DNA of 64,000 nt. It comes from Eledone cirrhosa (lineage: Eukaryota). Position numbers and translations under genes: made by a program. The first letter of the stretch is position 1; each line of letters opens with the position of its first letter. Positions 31,571 to 47,129 of this stretch are shown here, in pieces. The notes under the pieces were generated by a model. The model searched no databases. It worked only from the letters and a program-made list of their open reading frames with translations, and was not told where the DNA came from. The stretch lies in NCBI GenBank assembly GCA_964016885.1, contig OZ024749.1, forward strand, positions 14,384,001 to 14,448,000. The letters run 5' to 3'.

Positions 31571-34500
31571 CACATACTATATGTCACATGTCTCCCACAC
31601 ATACTATATGGCACAGGTCTTCCACACATACTATATGGCACATGTGTGCCACATATACTATATGGCACAGGTCTCCCACACATACTATATGGCACAGGTC
31701 TTCCACACATACTATATGGCACAGGTCTTCCACACATACTATATGGCACAGTTCTTCCACACATACTATATGGCACAGGTGTGTCACACATACTATATGG
31801 CACAGGTGTGTCACACATACTATATGGCACAGATGTGCCACACATACTATATGGCACAGGTCTTCCACACATACTATATGGCACAGGTCTTCCACACATA
31901 CTATATGGCACAGTTCTTCCACACATACTATATGGCACAGGTGTGTCACACATACTATATGGCACAGGTGTGCCACACATACTATATGGCACAGGTCTCC
32001 CACACATACTATATGGCACAGGTCTCCCACACATACTATATGGCACAGGTCTGTCACACATACTATATGGCACAGGTCTGCCACACATACTATATGGCAC
32101 AGGTCTCCCACACATACTATATGGCACAGGTCTCCCACACATAGTATATGGCACAGGTCTTCCACACATAGTATATGGCACAGGTCTTCCACACATACTA
32201 TATGGCACAGGTCTGTCACACATAGTATATGGCACAGGTCTTCCACACATAGTATATGGCACAGGTCTTCCACACATACTATATGGCACAGGTGTACCAC
32301 ACATACTATATGGCACAGGTCTTCCACACATACTATATGGCACAGGTGTGTCACACATACTATATGGCACAGGTCTGCCACACATACTATATTGCACAGG
32401 TGTTCCACACATACTATATGGCACAGGTCTTCCACACATACTATATGGCACAGGTCTTCCACACATACTATATGGCACAGGTCTTCCACACATACTATAT
32501 GGCACAGGTCTTCCACACATACTATATGGCACAGGTCTTCCACACTTACTATATGGCACAGGTGTACCACATATACTATATGGCACAGGTCTTCCACACA
32601 TACTATATGGCACAGGTGTACCACACATACTATATGGCACAGGTCTGCCACACATACTATATGGCAGAGGTCTTCCACACATACTATATGGCACAGGTGT
32701 ACCACACATACTATATGGCACAGGTCTCCCACACATACTATATGGCACAGGTCATCCACACATACTATATGGCACAGGTGTACCACACATACTATATGGC
32801 ACAGCTCTTCCACACATACTATATGGCACAGGTCTGCCACACATACTATATGGCACAGCTCTTCCACACATACTATATGGTACAGGTCTCCCACACATAC
32901 AATATGGCACAGGTGTGCCACACATAATATATGGCACAGGTGTGCCACACATACTATATGACACAGGTCTCCCACACATATTATATGGCACAGGTGTGCA
33001 ACACATACCATATGGCACAGGTCTTCCACACATACTATATGGCACAGGTCTGTCACACACTATATGACACAGGTCTTCCACACATACTATATGGCACAGG
33101 TCTTCCACACATACTATATGGCACAGGTCTGCCACACATACTATATGGCACAGGTCTTCCACACATACTATATGGCACAGGTATGCCACACATACTATAT
33201 GGCACAGGTCTTCCACACATACTATATGGCACAGCTCTTCCACACATACTATATGGCACAGGTCTTCCACACATACTATATGGCACAGGTCTGCCACACA
33301 TACTATATGGCACAGGTCTTCAACACATACTATGTGGCACAGGTCTTCCACATATACTATATGGCACAGGTGTCTCACACATACTATATGGCACAGGTCT
33401 CCCACACATACTATATGGCACATGTCTGCCACACATACTATATGGCACAGGTCTTCCACACATACTATGTGGCACAGGTCTTCCACATATACTATATGGC
33501 ACAGGTGTCCCACACATACTATGTGGCACATGTCTTCCACACATACTATATGGCACAGGTGTCCCACACATACTATATGGCACAGGTCTTCCACACATAC
33601 TATGTGGCACAGGTCTTCCACATATACTATATGGCACAGGTGTCCCACACATACTATATGGCACAGGTCTTCCACACATACTATATGGCACGGGTCTGCC
33701 ACACATACTATATGGCACAGGTCTTCCACACATACTATGTGGCACAGGTCTTCCACATATACTATATGGCAGAGGTGTCCCACACATACTATGTGCCACA
33801 GGTCTGCCACACATACTATATGGCACAGGTGTCCCACACATACTATATGGCACAGGTCTTCCACACATACTATATGGCACATGTCTTCCACACATACTAT
33901 ATGGCACAGGTCTTCCACAGATACTATATGGCACAGGTCTTCCACACATACTATATGGCACAGGTCTGCCACATATACTATATGGCACAGGTCTTCCACA
34001 CATACTATATGGCACATGTGTGCCACATATACTATATGGCACAGGTCTCCCACACATACTATATGGCACAGGTCTGTCACACATACAATATGGCACAGGT
34101 CTTCCACACATACTATATGGCACAGGTCTCCCACACATACTATATGGCACAGGTGTGCCACACATACTATATGGCACAGGTCTGTTACACATACTATATG
34201 GCACAGGTCTGCCACACATAATATATGACACAGGTCTTCCACACATACTATATGGCACAGGTCTGTCACAGATACTATATGGCACAGGTCTTCCACACAT
34301 ACTATATGGCACAGGATTTCCACACATACTATATGGCACATGTCTCCCACACATACTATATGGCACAGGTCTTCCACACATACTATATGGCACAGGTGTA
34401 CCACACATACTATATGGCACAGGTCTCCCACACATACTATATGGCACAGGTGTACCACACATACTATATGGCACAAGTCTGCCACACATACTATATGGCA

Positions 34501-37500
34501 CAGGTGTGTCACACATACTATATGGCACAGGTCTGCCACACATACTATATGGCACAGGTGTGCCACACATACAATATGGCTCAGGTCTTCCACACATACT
34601 ATATGGCACAGGTCACCCACACATACTATATGGTACAGGTGTACCACACATACTATATGGCACAGGTCTTCCACACATACTATATGGCACAGGTCTTCCA
34701 CACATACTATATGGCACAGGTCTTCCACACTTACTATATGGCACAGGTGTCCCACACATACTATATGGCACAGGTCTTCCACACATACTATATGGCACAG
34801 GTGTACCACACATACTATATGGCACAGGTCTTCCACACATACTATATGGCACAGGTCTTCCACACATATTATATGGCACAGGTCTGCCACACATACTATA
34901 TGGCACAGGTCTTCCACACATACTATGTGGCACAGGTCTTCCACATATACTATATGGCACAGGTGTCCCACACATAATATATGGCACAGGTCTTCCACAC
35001 ATACTATATGGCACAGGTCTTCCACACATACTATATGGCACAGGTCACCCACACATACTATATGGCACAGGTGTACCACACATACTATATGGCACAGGTC
35101 TTCCACACATACTATATGGCACAGGTCTTCCACACATACTATATGGCACAGGTCTTCCACACTTACTATATGGCACAGGTGTCCCACACATACTATATGG
35201 CACAGGTCTTCCACACATACTATATGGCACAGGTGTACCACACATACTATATGGCACAGGTCTTCCACACATACTATATGGCACAGGTCTTCCACACATA
35301 TTATATGGCACAGGTCTGCCACACATACTATATGGCACAGGTCTTCCACACATACTATGTGGCACAGGTCTTCCACATATACTATATGGCACAGGTGTCC
35401 CACACATAATATATGGCACAGGTCTTCCACACATACTATATGGCACAGGTCTTCCACACATACTATATGTCACATGTCTCCCACACATACTATATGGCAC
35501 AGGTCTTCCACACATACTATATGGCACATGTGTGCCACATATACTATATGGCACAGGTCTCCCACACATACTATATGGCACAGGTCTTCCACACATACTA
35601 TATGGCACAGGTCTTCCACACATACTATATGGCACAGTTCTTCCACACATACTATATGGCACAGGTGTGTCACACATACTATATGGCACAGGTGTGTCAC
35701 ACATACTATATGGCACAGATGTGCCACACATACTATATGGCACAGGTCTTCCACACATACTATATGGCACAGGTCTTCCACACATACTATATGGCACAGT
35801 TCTTCCACACATACTATATGGCACAGGTGTGTCACACATACTATATGGCACAGGTGTGCCACACATACTATATGGCACAGGTCTCCCACACATACTATAT
35901 GGCACAGGTCTCCCACACATACTATATGGCACAGGTCTGTCACACATACTATATGGCACAGGTCTTCCACACATACTATATGGCACAGGTCTCCCACACA
36001 TACTATATGGCACAGGTCTCCCACACATAGTATATGGCACAGGTCTTCCACACATAGTATATGGCACAGGTCTTCCACACATACTATATGGCACAGGTCT
36101 GTCACACATAGTATATGGCACAGGTCTTCCACACATAGTATATGGCACAGGTCTTCCACACATACTATATGGCACAGGTGTACCACACATACTATATGGC
36201 ACAGGTCTTCCACACATACTATATGGCACAGGTGTGTCACACATACTATATGGCACAGGTCTGCCACACATACTATATTGCACAGGTGTTCCACACATAC
36301 TATATGGCACAGGTCTTCCACACATACTATATGGCACAGGTCTTCCACACATACTATATGGCACAGGTCTTCCACACATACTATATGGCACAGGTCTTCC
36401 ACACATACTATATGGCACAAGTCTTCCACACTTACTATATGGCACAGGTGTACCACATATACTATATGGCACAGGACTTCCACACATACTATATGGCACA
36501 GGTGTACCACACATACTATATGGCACAGGTCTGCCACACATACTATATGGCAGAGGTCTTCCACACATACTATATGGCACAGGTGTACCACACATACTAT
36601 ATGGCACAGGTCTCCCACACATACTATATGGCACAGGTCATCCACACATACTATATGGCACAGGTGTACCACACATACTATATGGCACAGCTCTTCCACA
36701 CATACTATATGGCACAGGTCTGCCACACATACTATATGGCACAGCTCTTCCACACATACTATATGGTACAGGTCTCCCACACATACAATATGGCACAGGT
36801 GTGCCACACATAATATATGGCACAGGTGTGCCACACATACTATATGACACAGGTCTCCCACACATATTATATGGCACAGGTGTGCCACACATACCATATG
36901 GCACAGGTCTTCCACACATACTATATGGCACAGGTCTGTCACACATACTATATGACACAGGTCTTCCACACATACTATATGGCACAGGTCTTCCACACAT
37001 ACTATATGGCACACGTCTGCCACACATACTATATGGCACAGGTCTTCCACACATACTATATGGCACAGGTATGCCACACATACTATATGGCACAGGTCTT
37101 CCACACATACTATATGGCACAGCTCTTCCACACATACTATATGGCACAGGTCTTCCACACATACTATATGGCACAGGTCTGCCACACATACTATATGGCA
37201 CAGCTCTCCCACACATACTATATGGTACAGATCTCCCACACATACTATATGGCACAGGTGTGCCACACATACTATATGGCACAGGTGTGCCACACATACT
37301 ATATGGCACAGGTCTCCCACACATACTATATGGCACAGGTGTGCCACACATACTATATGGCACAGGTCTGCCACACGTACTATATGGCACAGGTCTTCCA
37401 CACATACTATGTGGCACAGGTCTTCCACACATACTATATGGCACAGGTCTTCCACACATACTATATGGCACAGGTGTACCACACATACTATATGGCACAG

Positions 37501-37959
37501 GTCTGTCACACATACTATATGGCACAGGTCTTCCACACATACTATATGGCACATGTCTTCCACAAATACTATATGGCACAGGTCTTCCACACATACTATA
37601 TGGCACAGGTCTGTCACACATACTATATGGCACAGGTGTGCCACACGTACTATTTGGCACAGGTGTGCCACATATACTATATAGCACAGGTCTTCCACAC
37701 ATACTATATGGCACAGGTGTGCCACACATACTATATGGCACAGGTCTGCCACACGTACTATATGGCACAGGTCTTCCACACATACTATGTGGCACAGGTC
37801 TTCCACACATACTATATGGCATACGTCTTCCACACATCCTATATGGCAGAGGTCTTCCACACATACTATATGGCACAGGTGTACCACACATACTATATGG
37901 AACAGGTCTTCCACACATACTATATGGAACAGGTCTTCCACACATACTATATGGCACAG

Positions 37960-39950
37960 GTCTTCCACACATACTATATGGCACAGGTCTGCCACACATA
38001 CTATATGGCACAGGTCTTCAACACATACTATGTGGCACAGGTCTTCCACATATACTATATGGCACAGGTGTCTCACACATACTATATGGCACAGGTCTCC
38101 CACACATACTATATGGCACAGGTCTGCCACACATACTATATGGCACAGGTCTTCCACACATACTATGTGACACAGGTCTTCCACATATACTATATGGCAC
38201 AGGTGTCCCACACATACTATGTGGCACATGTCTTCCACACATACTATATGGCACAGGTGTCCCACACATACTATATGGCACAGGTCTTCCACACATACTA
38301 TGTGGCACAGGTCTTCCACATATACTATATGGCACAGGTGTCCCACACATACTATATGGCACAGGTCTTCCACACATACTATATGGCACGGGTCTGCCAC
38401 ACATACTATATGGCACAGGTCTTCCACACATACTATGTGGCACAGGTCTTCCACATATACTATATGGCAGAGGTGTCCCACACATACTATGTGCCACAGG
38501 TCTTCCACACATACTAAATGGCACAGGTGTCCCACACATACTATATGGCACAGGTCTTCCACACATACTATATGGCACATGTCTTCCACACATACTATAT
38601 GGCACAGGTCTTCCACAGATACTATATGGCACAGGTCTTCCACACATACTATATGGCACAGGTCTGCCACACATACTATGTGGCACAGGTCTGTCACACA
38701 TACTATATGGCACAGGTCTTCCACACATACTATATGGCACAGGATTTCCACACATACTATATGGCACATGTCTCCCACACATACTATATGGCACAGGTCT
38801 TCCACACATACTATATGGCACAGGTGCACCACACATACTATATGGCACAGGTCTCCCACACATACTATATGGCACAGGTGTACCACACATAGTATATGGC
38901 ACAAGTCTGCCACACATACTATATGGCACAGGTGTGTCACACATACTATATGGCACAGGTCTTCCACACATACTATATGGCACAGGTCTGCCACACATAC
39001 TATATGGCACAGGTCTTCAACACATACTATGTGGCACAGGTCTTCCACATATACTATATGGCACAGGTGTCTCACACATACTATATGGCACAGGTCTCCC
39101 ACACATACTATATGGCACAGGTCTGCCACACATACTATATGGCACAGGTCTTCCACACATACTATGTGACACAGGTCTTCCACATATACTATATGGCACA
39201 GGTGTCCCACACATACTATGTGGCACATGTCTTCCACACATACTATATGGCACAGGTGTCCCACACATACTATATGGCACAGGTCTTCCACACATACTAT
39301 GTGGCACAGGTCTTCCACATATACTATATGGCACAGGTGTCCCACACATACTATATGGCACAGGTCTTCCACACATACTATATGGCACATGTGTGCCACA
39401 TATACTATATGGCACAGGTCTTCCACACATACTATATGGCACAGGTCTTTCACACATACTATATGGCACAGGTCTCCCACACATACTATATGGCACAGGT
39501 GTGCCACACATACTATATGGCACAGGTGTACCACACATACTATATGGCACAGGTCTTCCACACATACTATATGGCACAGGTCTTCCACACATACTATATG
39601 GCACAGGTCTTCCACACATATTATATGGCACAGGTCTGCCTCACATACTATATGGCACAGGTCTTCCACACATACTATATGGCACAGGTCTGTCACAGAT
39701 ACTATATGGCACAGGTCTTCCACACATACTATATGGCACAGGATTTCCACACATACTATATGGCACATGTCTCCCACACATACTATATGGCACAGGTCTT
39801 CCACACATACTATATGGCACAGGTGCACCACACATACTATATGGCACAGGTCTCCCACACATACTATATGGCACAGGTGTACCACACATAGTATATGGCA
39901 CAAGTCTGCCACACATACTATATGGCACAGGTGTGTCACACATACTATAT
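37960..39950. repeat. Imperfect 999-bp (37-monomer) tandem duplication
   Basis: Offset 999 at 38018/39017, 38219/39218 and 38892/39891. The middle parts of the two copies differ. Confidence 0.75.
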
Positions 39951-41789
39951 GGCACAGGTCTGCCACACATACTATATGGCACAGGTGTGCCACACATACT
40001 ATATGGCTCAGGTCTTCCACACATACTATATGGCACAGGTCACCCACACATACTATATGGCACAGGTGTACCACACATACTATATGGCACAGGTCTTCCA
40101 CACATACTATATGGCACAGGTCTTCCACACATACTATATGGCACAGGTCTTCCACACTTACTATATGGCACAGGTGTCCCACACATACTATATGGCACAG
40201 GTCTTCCACACATACTATATGGCACAGGTGTACCACACATACTATATGGCACAGGTCTTCCACACATACTATATGGCACAGGTCTTCCACACATACTATA
40301 TGGCACAGGTCTTCCACACATATTATATGGCACAGGTCTGCCTCACATACTATATGGCACAGGTCTTCCACACATACTATGTGGCACAGGTCTTCCACAT
40401 ATACTATATGGCACAGGTGTCCCACACATACTATATGGCACAGGTCTTCCACACATACTATATGGCACAGGTCTTCCACACATACTATATGGCACATGTC
40501 TCCCACACATACTATATGGCACAGGTCTTCCACACATACTATATGGCACATGTGTGCCACATATACTATATGGCACAGGTCTCCCACACATACTATATGG
40601 CACAGGTCTCCCACACATACTATATGGCACAGGTCTTCCACACATACTATATGGCACAGTTCTTCCACACATACTATATGGCACAGGTGTGTCACACATA
40701 CTATATGGCACAGGTGTGTCACACATACTATATGGCACAGATGTGCCACACATACTATATGGCACAGGTCTTCCACACATACTATATGGCACAGGTCTTC
40801 CACACATACTATATGGCACAGTTCTTCCACACATACTATATGGCACAGGTGTGTCACACATACTATATGGCACAGGTGTGCCACACATACTATATGGCAC
40901 AGGTCTCCCACACATACTATATGGCACAGGTCTCCCACACATACTATATGGCACAGGTCTGTCACACATACTATATGGCACAGGTCTGCCACACATACTA
41001 TATGGCACAGGTCTCCCACACATACTATATGGCACAGGTGTCCCACACATAGTATATGGCACAGGTCTTCCACACATAGTATATGGCACAGGTCTTCCAC
41101 ACATACTATATGGCACAGGTCTGTCACACATAGTATATGGCACAGGTCTTCCACACATAGTATATGGCACAGGTCTTCCACACATACTATATGGCACAGG
41201 TGTACCACACATACTATATGGCACAGGTCTTCCACACATACTATATGGCACATGTGTGTCACACATACTATATGGCACAGGTCTGCCACACATACTATAT
41301 TGCACAGGTGTTCCACACATACTATATGGCACAGGTCTTCCACACATACTATATGGCACAGGTCTTCCACACATACTATATGGCACAGGTCTTCCACACA
41401 TACTATATGGCACAGGTCTTCCACACATACTATATGGCACAGGTCTTCCACACTTACTATATGGCACAGTTGTACCACACATACTATACGGCACAGGTCT
41501 TCCACACATACTATATGGCACAGGTGTACCACACATACTATATGGCACAGGTCTGCCACACATACTAAATGGCAGAGGTCTTCCACACATACTATATGGC
41601 ACAGGTGTACCACACATACTATATGGCACAGGTCTCCCACACATACTATATGGCACAGGTCATCCACACATACTATATGGCACAGGTGTACCACACATAC
41701 TATAGGGCACAGGTCTTCCACACATACTATATGGCACAGGTCTTCCACATATACTATATGGCACAGGTCTTCCACACATACTATATGGC

Positions 41790-44400
41790 ACAGGTCTGCC
41801 ACACATACTATATGGCACAGGTCTTCAATACATACTATGTGGCACAGGTCTTCCACATATACTATATGGCACAGGTGTCTCACACATACTATATGGCACA
41901 GGTCTCCCACACGTACTATATGGCACAGGTCTGCCACACATACTATATGGCACAGGTCTTCCACACATACTATGTGGCACAGGTATTCCACATATACTAT
42001 ATGGCACAGGTGTCCCACACATACTATGTGGCACAGGTCTTCCACACATACTATATGGCACAGGTGTCCCACACATACTATATGGCACAGGTCTTCCACA
42101 CATACTATGTGGCACAGGTGTTGCACATATACTATATGGCACAGGTGTCCCACACATACTATATGGCACAGGTCTTCCACACATACTATATGGCACGGGT
42201 CTGCCACACATACTATATGGCACAGGTCTTCCACACATACTATGTGGCACAGGTCTTCCACATATACTATATGGCAGAGGTGTCCCACACATACTATGTG
42301 CCACAGGTCTGCCACACATACTATATGGCACAGGTGTCCCACACATACTATATGGCACAGGTCTTCCACACATACTATATGGCACATGTATTCCACACAT
42401 ACTATATGGCACAGGTCTTCCACAGATACTATATGGCACAGGTCTTCCACACATACTATATGGCACAGGTCTGCCACACATACTATGTGGCACAGGTCTG
42501 TCACACATACTATATGGCACAGGTCTTCCACACATACTATATGGCACATGTGTGCCACATATACTATATGGCACAGGTCTTCCACACATACTATATGGCA
42601 CAGGTGTGCCACACATACTATATGGCACAGGTCTTCCACACATACTATATGGCACAGGTCTGCCACATATACTATATGGCACAGGTCTTCCACACATACT
42701 ATATGGCAAGGTCTTCCACACATACTATATGGCACATGTCTTCCACACATACTATATGGCGCAGGTGTGCCACACATACTATATGGCACAGGAGTACCAC
42801 ATATACTATATGGCACAGGTGTACCACACATACTATATGGCACATGAGTGCCACACATAATATATGGCACAGGTCTGCCACACATACTATATGGCACAGG
42901 TGTGCCACACATACTATATGGCACATGTCTTCCACACATACTATATGGCACAGGTCTTCCACACATACTATATGGCACAGGTCTTCCACACATACTATAT
43001 GGCACAGGTCTCTCACACATACTATATGGCACAGGTGTGCCACACATACTATATGGCACAGGTCTGCCACACATACTATATGGCACAGGTCTGCCACACA
43101 TACTATATGGCACAGGTCTTCAATACATACTATGTGGCACAGGTCTTCCACATATACTATATGGCACAGGTGTCTCACACATACTATATGGCACAGGTCT
43201 CCCACACGTACTATATGGCACAGGTCTGCCACACATACTATATGGCACAGGTCTTCCACACATACTAAGGTGGCACAGGTATTCCACATATACTATATGG
43301 CACAGGTGTCCCACACATACTATGTGGCACAGGTCTTCCACACATACTATATGGCACAGGTGTCCCACACATACTATATGGCACAGGTCTTCCACACATA
43401 CTATGTGGCACAGGTGTTGCACATATACTATATGGCACAGGTGTCCCACACATACTATATGGCACAGGTCTTCCACACATACTATATGGCACGGGTCTGC
43501 CACACATACTATATGGCACAGGTCTTCCACACATACTATGTGGCACAGGTCTTCCACATATACTATATGGCAGAGGTGTCCCACACATACTATGTGCCAC
43601 AGGTCTGCCACACATACTATATGGCACAGGTGTCCCACACATACTATATGGCACAGGTCTTCCACACATACTATATGGCACATGTATTCCACACATACTA
43701 TATGGCACAGGTCTTCCACAGGTACTATATGGCACAGGTCTTCCACACATACTATATGGCACAGGTCTGCCACACATACTATGTGGCACAGGTCTGTCAC
43801 ACATACTATATGGCACAGGTCTTCCACACATACTATATGGCACATGTGTGCCACATATACTATATGGCACAGGTCTTCCACACATACTATATGGCACAGG
43901 TGTGCCACACATACTATATGGCACAGGTCTTCCACACATACTATATGGCACAGGTCTGCCACATATACTATATGGCACAGGTCTTCCACACATACTATAT
44001 GGCAAGGTCTTCCACACATACTATATGGCACATGTCTTCCACACATACTATATGGCGCAGGTGTGCCACACATACTATATGGCACAGGAGTACCACATAT
44101 ACTATATGGCACAGGTGTACCACACATACTATATGGCACATGAGTCCCACACATAATATATGGCACAGGTCTGCCACACATACTATATGGCACAGGTGTG
44201 CCACACATACTATATGGCACATGTCTTCCACACATACTATATGGCACAGGTCTTCCACACATACTATATGGCACAGGTCTGCCACACATACTATATGGCA
44301 CAGGTCTCTCACACATACTATATGGCACAGGTGTGCCACACATACTATATGGCACAGGTCTGCCACACATACTATATGGCACAGGTCTGCCACACATACT
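41790..44400. repeat. 1,296-bp (48-monomer) tandem duplication: about 41790-43085 and about 43085-44400
   Basis: Offset 1,295-1,296 (41825/43120, 42552/43848, 42699/43995). Shared markers are CTTCAATAC, GTGTTGC, GGCAAGG, GGAGTACC and CATGAGT. Confidence 0.92.
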
Positions 44401-47129
44401 ATATGGCACAGGACTGCAACACATACTATATGGCACAGGTCTGCCACACATACTATATGGCACTGGTCTGCCACACATACTATATGGCACAGGTCTTCCA
44501 CACATACTATATGGCACATGTGTGCCACACATACTATATGGCACAGGTCTTCCACACATACTATATGGCACAGGTCTTCCACACATACTATATGGCACAG
44601 TTCTTCCACACATACTATATGGCACAGGTGTGTCACACATACTATATGGCACAGGTGTGCCACACATACTATATGGCAGAGGTGTGCCACACATATTATA
44701 TGGCACAGGTCTTCCACACATACTATATGGCACAGGTCTTCCACACATACTATATGGCACAGTTCTTCCACACATACTATATGGCACAGGTGTGTCACAC
44801 ATACTATATGGCACAGGTCTGTCACACATACTATATGGCACAGGTCTGCCACACATACTATATGGCACAGGTCTTCCACACATACTATATGGCACAGGTC
44901 TCCCACACATACTATATGGCACGTGTCTTCCACACATAGTATATGGCACAGGTCTTCCACACATAGTATATGGCACAGGTGTACCACACATACTATATGG
45001 CACAGGTCTTCCACACATACTATATGGCACAGGTGTGTCACACATACTATATGGCACAGGTCTGCCACACATACTATATGGCACAGGTGTGCCACACATA
45101 CTATATGGCACAGGTCTTCCACACGTACTAAATGGCACAGGTCTTCCACACATACTATATGGCACAGGTCTGCCACACATACTATATGGCACAGGTCTCT
45201 CACACATACTATATGGCACAGGTGTGCCACACATACTATATGGCACAGGTCTGCCACACATACTATATGGCACAGGTCTGCCACACATACTATATGGCAC
45301 AGGACTGCCACACATACTATATGGCACAGGTCTGCCACACATACTATATGGCACAGGTCTGCCACACATACTATATGGCACAGGTCTTCCACACATACTA
45401 TATGGCACATGTGTGCCACACATACTATATGGCACAGGTCTTCCACACATACTATATGGCACAGGTCTTCCACACATACTATATGGCACAGGTCTCCCAC
45501 ACATACTATATGGCACGTGTCTTCCACACATAGTATATGGCACAGGTCTTCCACACATAGTATATGGCACAGGTGTACCACACATACTATATGGCACAGG
45601 TCTTCCACACATACTATATGGCACAGGTGTGTCACACAAACTATATGGCACAGGTCTGCCACACATACTATATGGCACAGGTGTACCACACATACTATAT
45701 GGCACAGGTCTTCCACACATACTATATGGCACAGGTCTTCCACACATACTATATGGCACAGGTCTCCCACACATACTATATGGCACAGGTCTTCCACACA
45801 TACTATATGGCACAGGTCTTCCACACATACTATGTGGCACAGGTCTGCCACACATACTATATGGCACAGGTCTTCCACACATACTATATGGCACAGGTGT
45901 ACCACACATACTATATGGCACAGGTCTCCCACACATACTATATGGCACAGGTCATCCACACATACTATATGGCACAGGTGTACCACACATACTATATGGC
46001 ACAGGTCTTCCACACATACTATATGGCACAGGTGTTCCACACATACTATATGGCACAGGTCTTCCACACATACTATATGGCACAGGTCTGCCACACATAC
46101 TATATGGCACAGGTCTTCCACACATACTATGTGGCACAGGTCTTCCACATATACTATATGGCACAAGTGTCCCACACATACTATGTGGCACAGGTCTTCC
46201 ACACATACTATATGGCACAGGTGTCCCACACATACTATATGGCACAGGTCTTCCACACATACTATGTGGCACAGGTCTTCCACATATACTTTATGCACAG
46301 GTGTCCCACACATACTATATGGCACAGGTCTTCCACACATACTATATGGCACGGGTCTGCCACACATACTATATGGCACAGGTCTTCCACACATACCATG
46401 TGGCACAGGTCTTCCACATATACTATATGGCACAGGTGTCCCACACATACTATGTGCCACAGGTCTGCCACACATACTATATGGCACAGGTGTCCCACAC
46501 ATACTATATGGCACAGGTCTTCCACACATACTATATGGCACATGTCTTCCACACATACTATATGGCACAGGTCTTCCACAGATACTATATGGCACAGGTC
46601 TTCCACACATACTCTATGGCACAGGTCTGCCACACATACTATGTGGCACAGGTCTGTCACACATACTATATGGCACAGGTCTTCCACACATACTATATGG
46701 CACATGTGTGCCACATATACTATATGGCACAGGTCTTCCACACATACTATATGGCACAGGTGTGCCACACATGCTATATGGCACAGGTCTTCCACCCATA
46801 CTATATGGCACAGGTCTTCCACATACACTATATGGCACAGGTCTTCCACACATACTATATGGCAAGGTTTTCCACACATACTATATGGCACATGTCTCCC
46901 ACACATACTATATGGCACAGGTGTGCCACACATACTATATGGCACAGGTGTACCACATATACTATATGGCACAGGTGTACCACACATACTATATGGCACA
47001 GGAGTGCCACACATAATATATGGCACAGGTCTGCCACACATACTATATGGCACAGGTGTGCCACACATACTATATGGCACATGTCTTCCACACATACTAT
47101 ATGGCACAGGTGTTCCACACATACTATAT

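Larger units (their letters stand above)
28130..41700. repeat. Three related higher-order blocks of about 4.7, 3.9 and 5.0 kb: about 28130-32800, 32800-36685 and 36685-41700
   Basis: Offsets are 4,671 (28260/32931), 3,859 (29473/33332, 30366/34225), 3,886 (31095/34981, 32256/36142), 8,557 (28852/37409) and 5,022 (36030/41052). The second block lacks about 30 monomers (about 28630-29440) that are present in the first and third. Confidence 0.85.
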
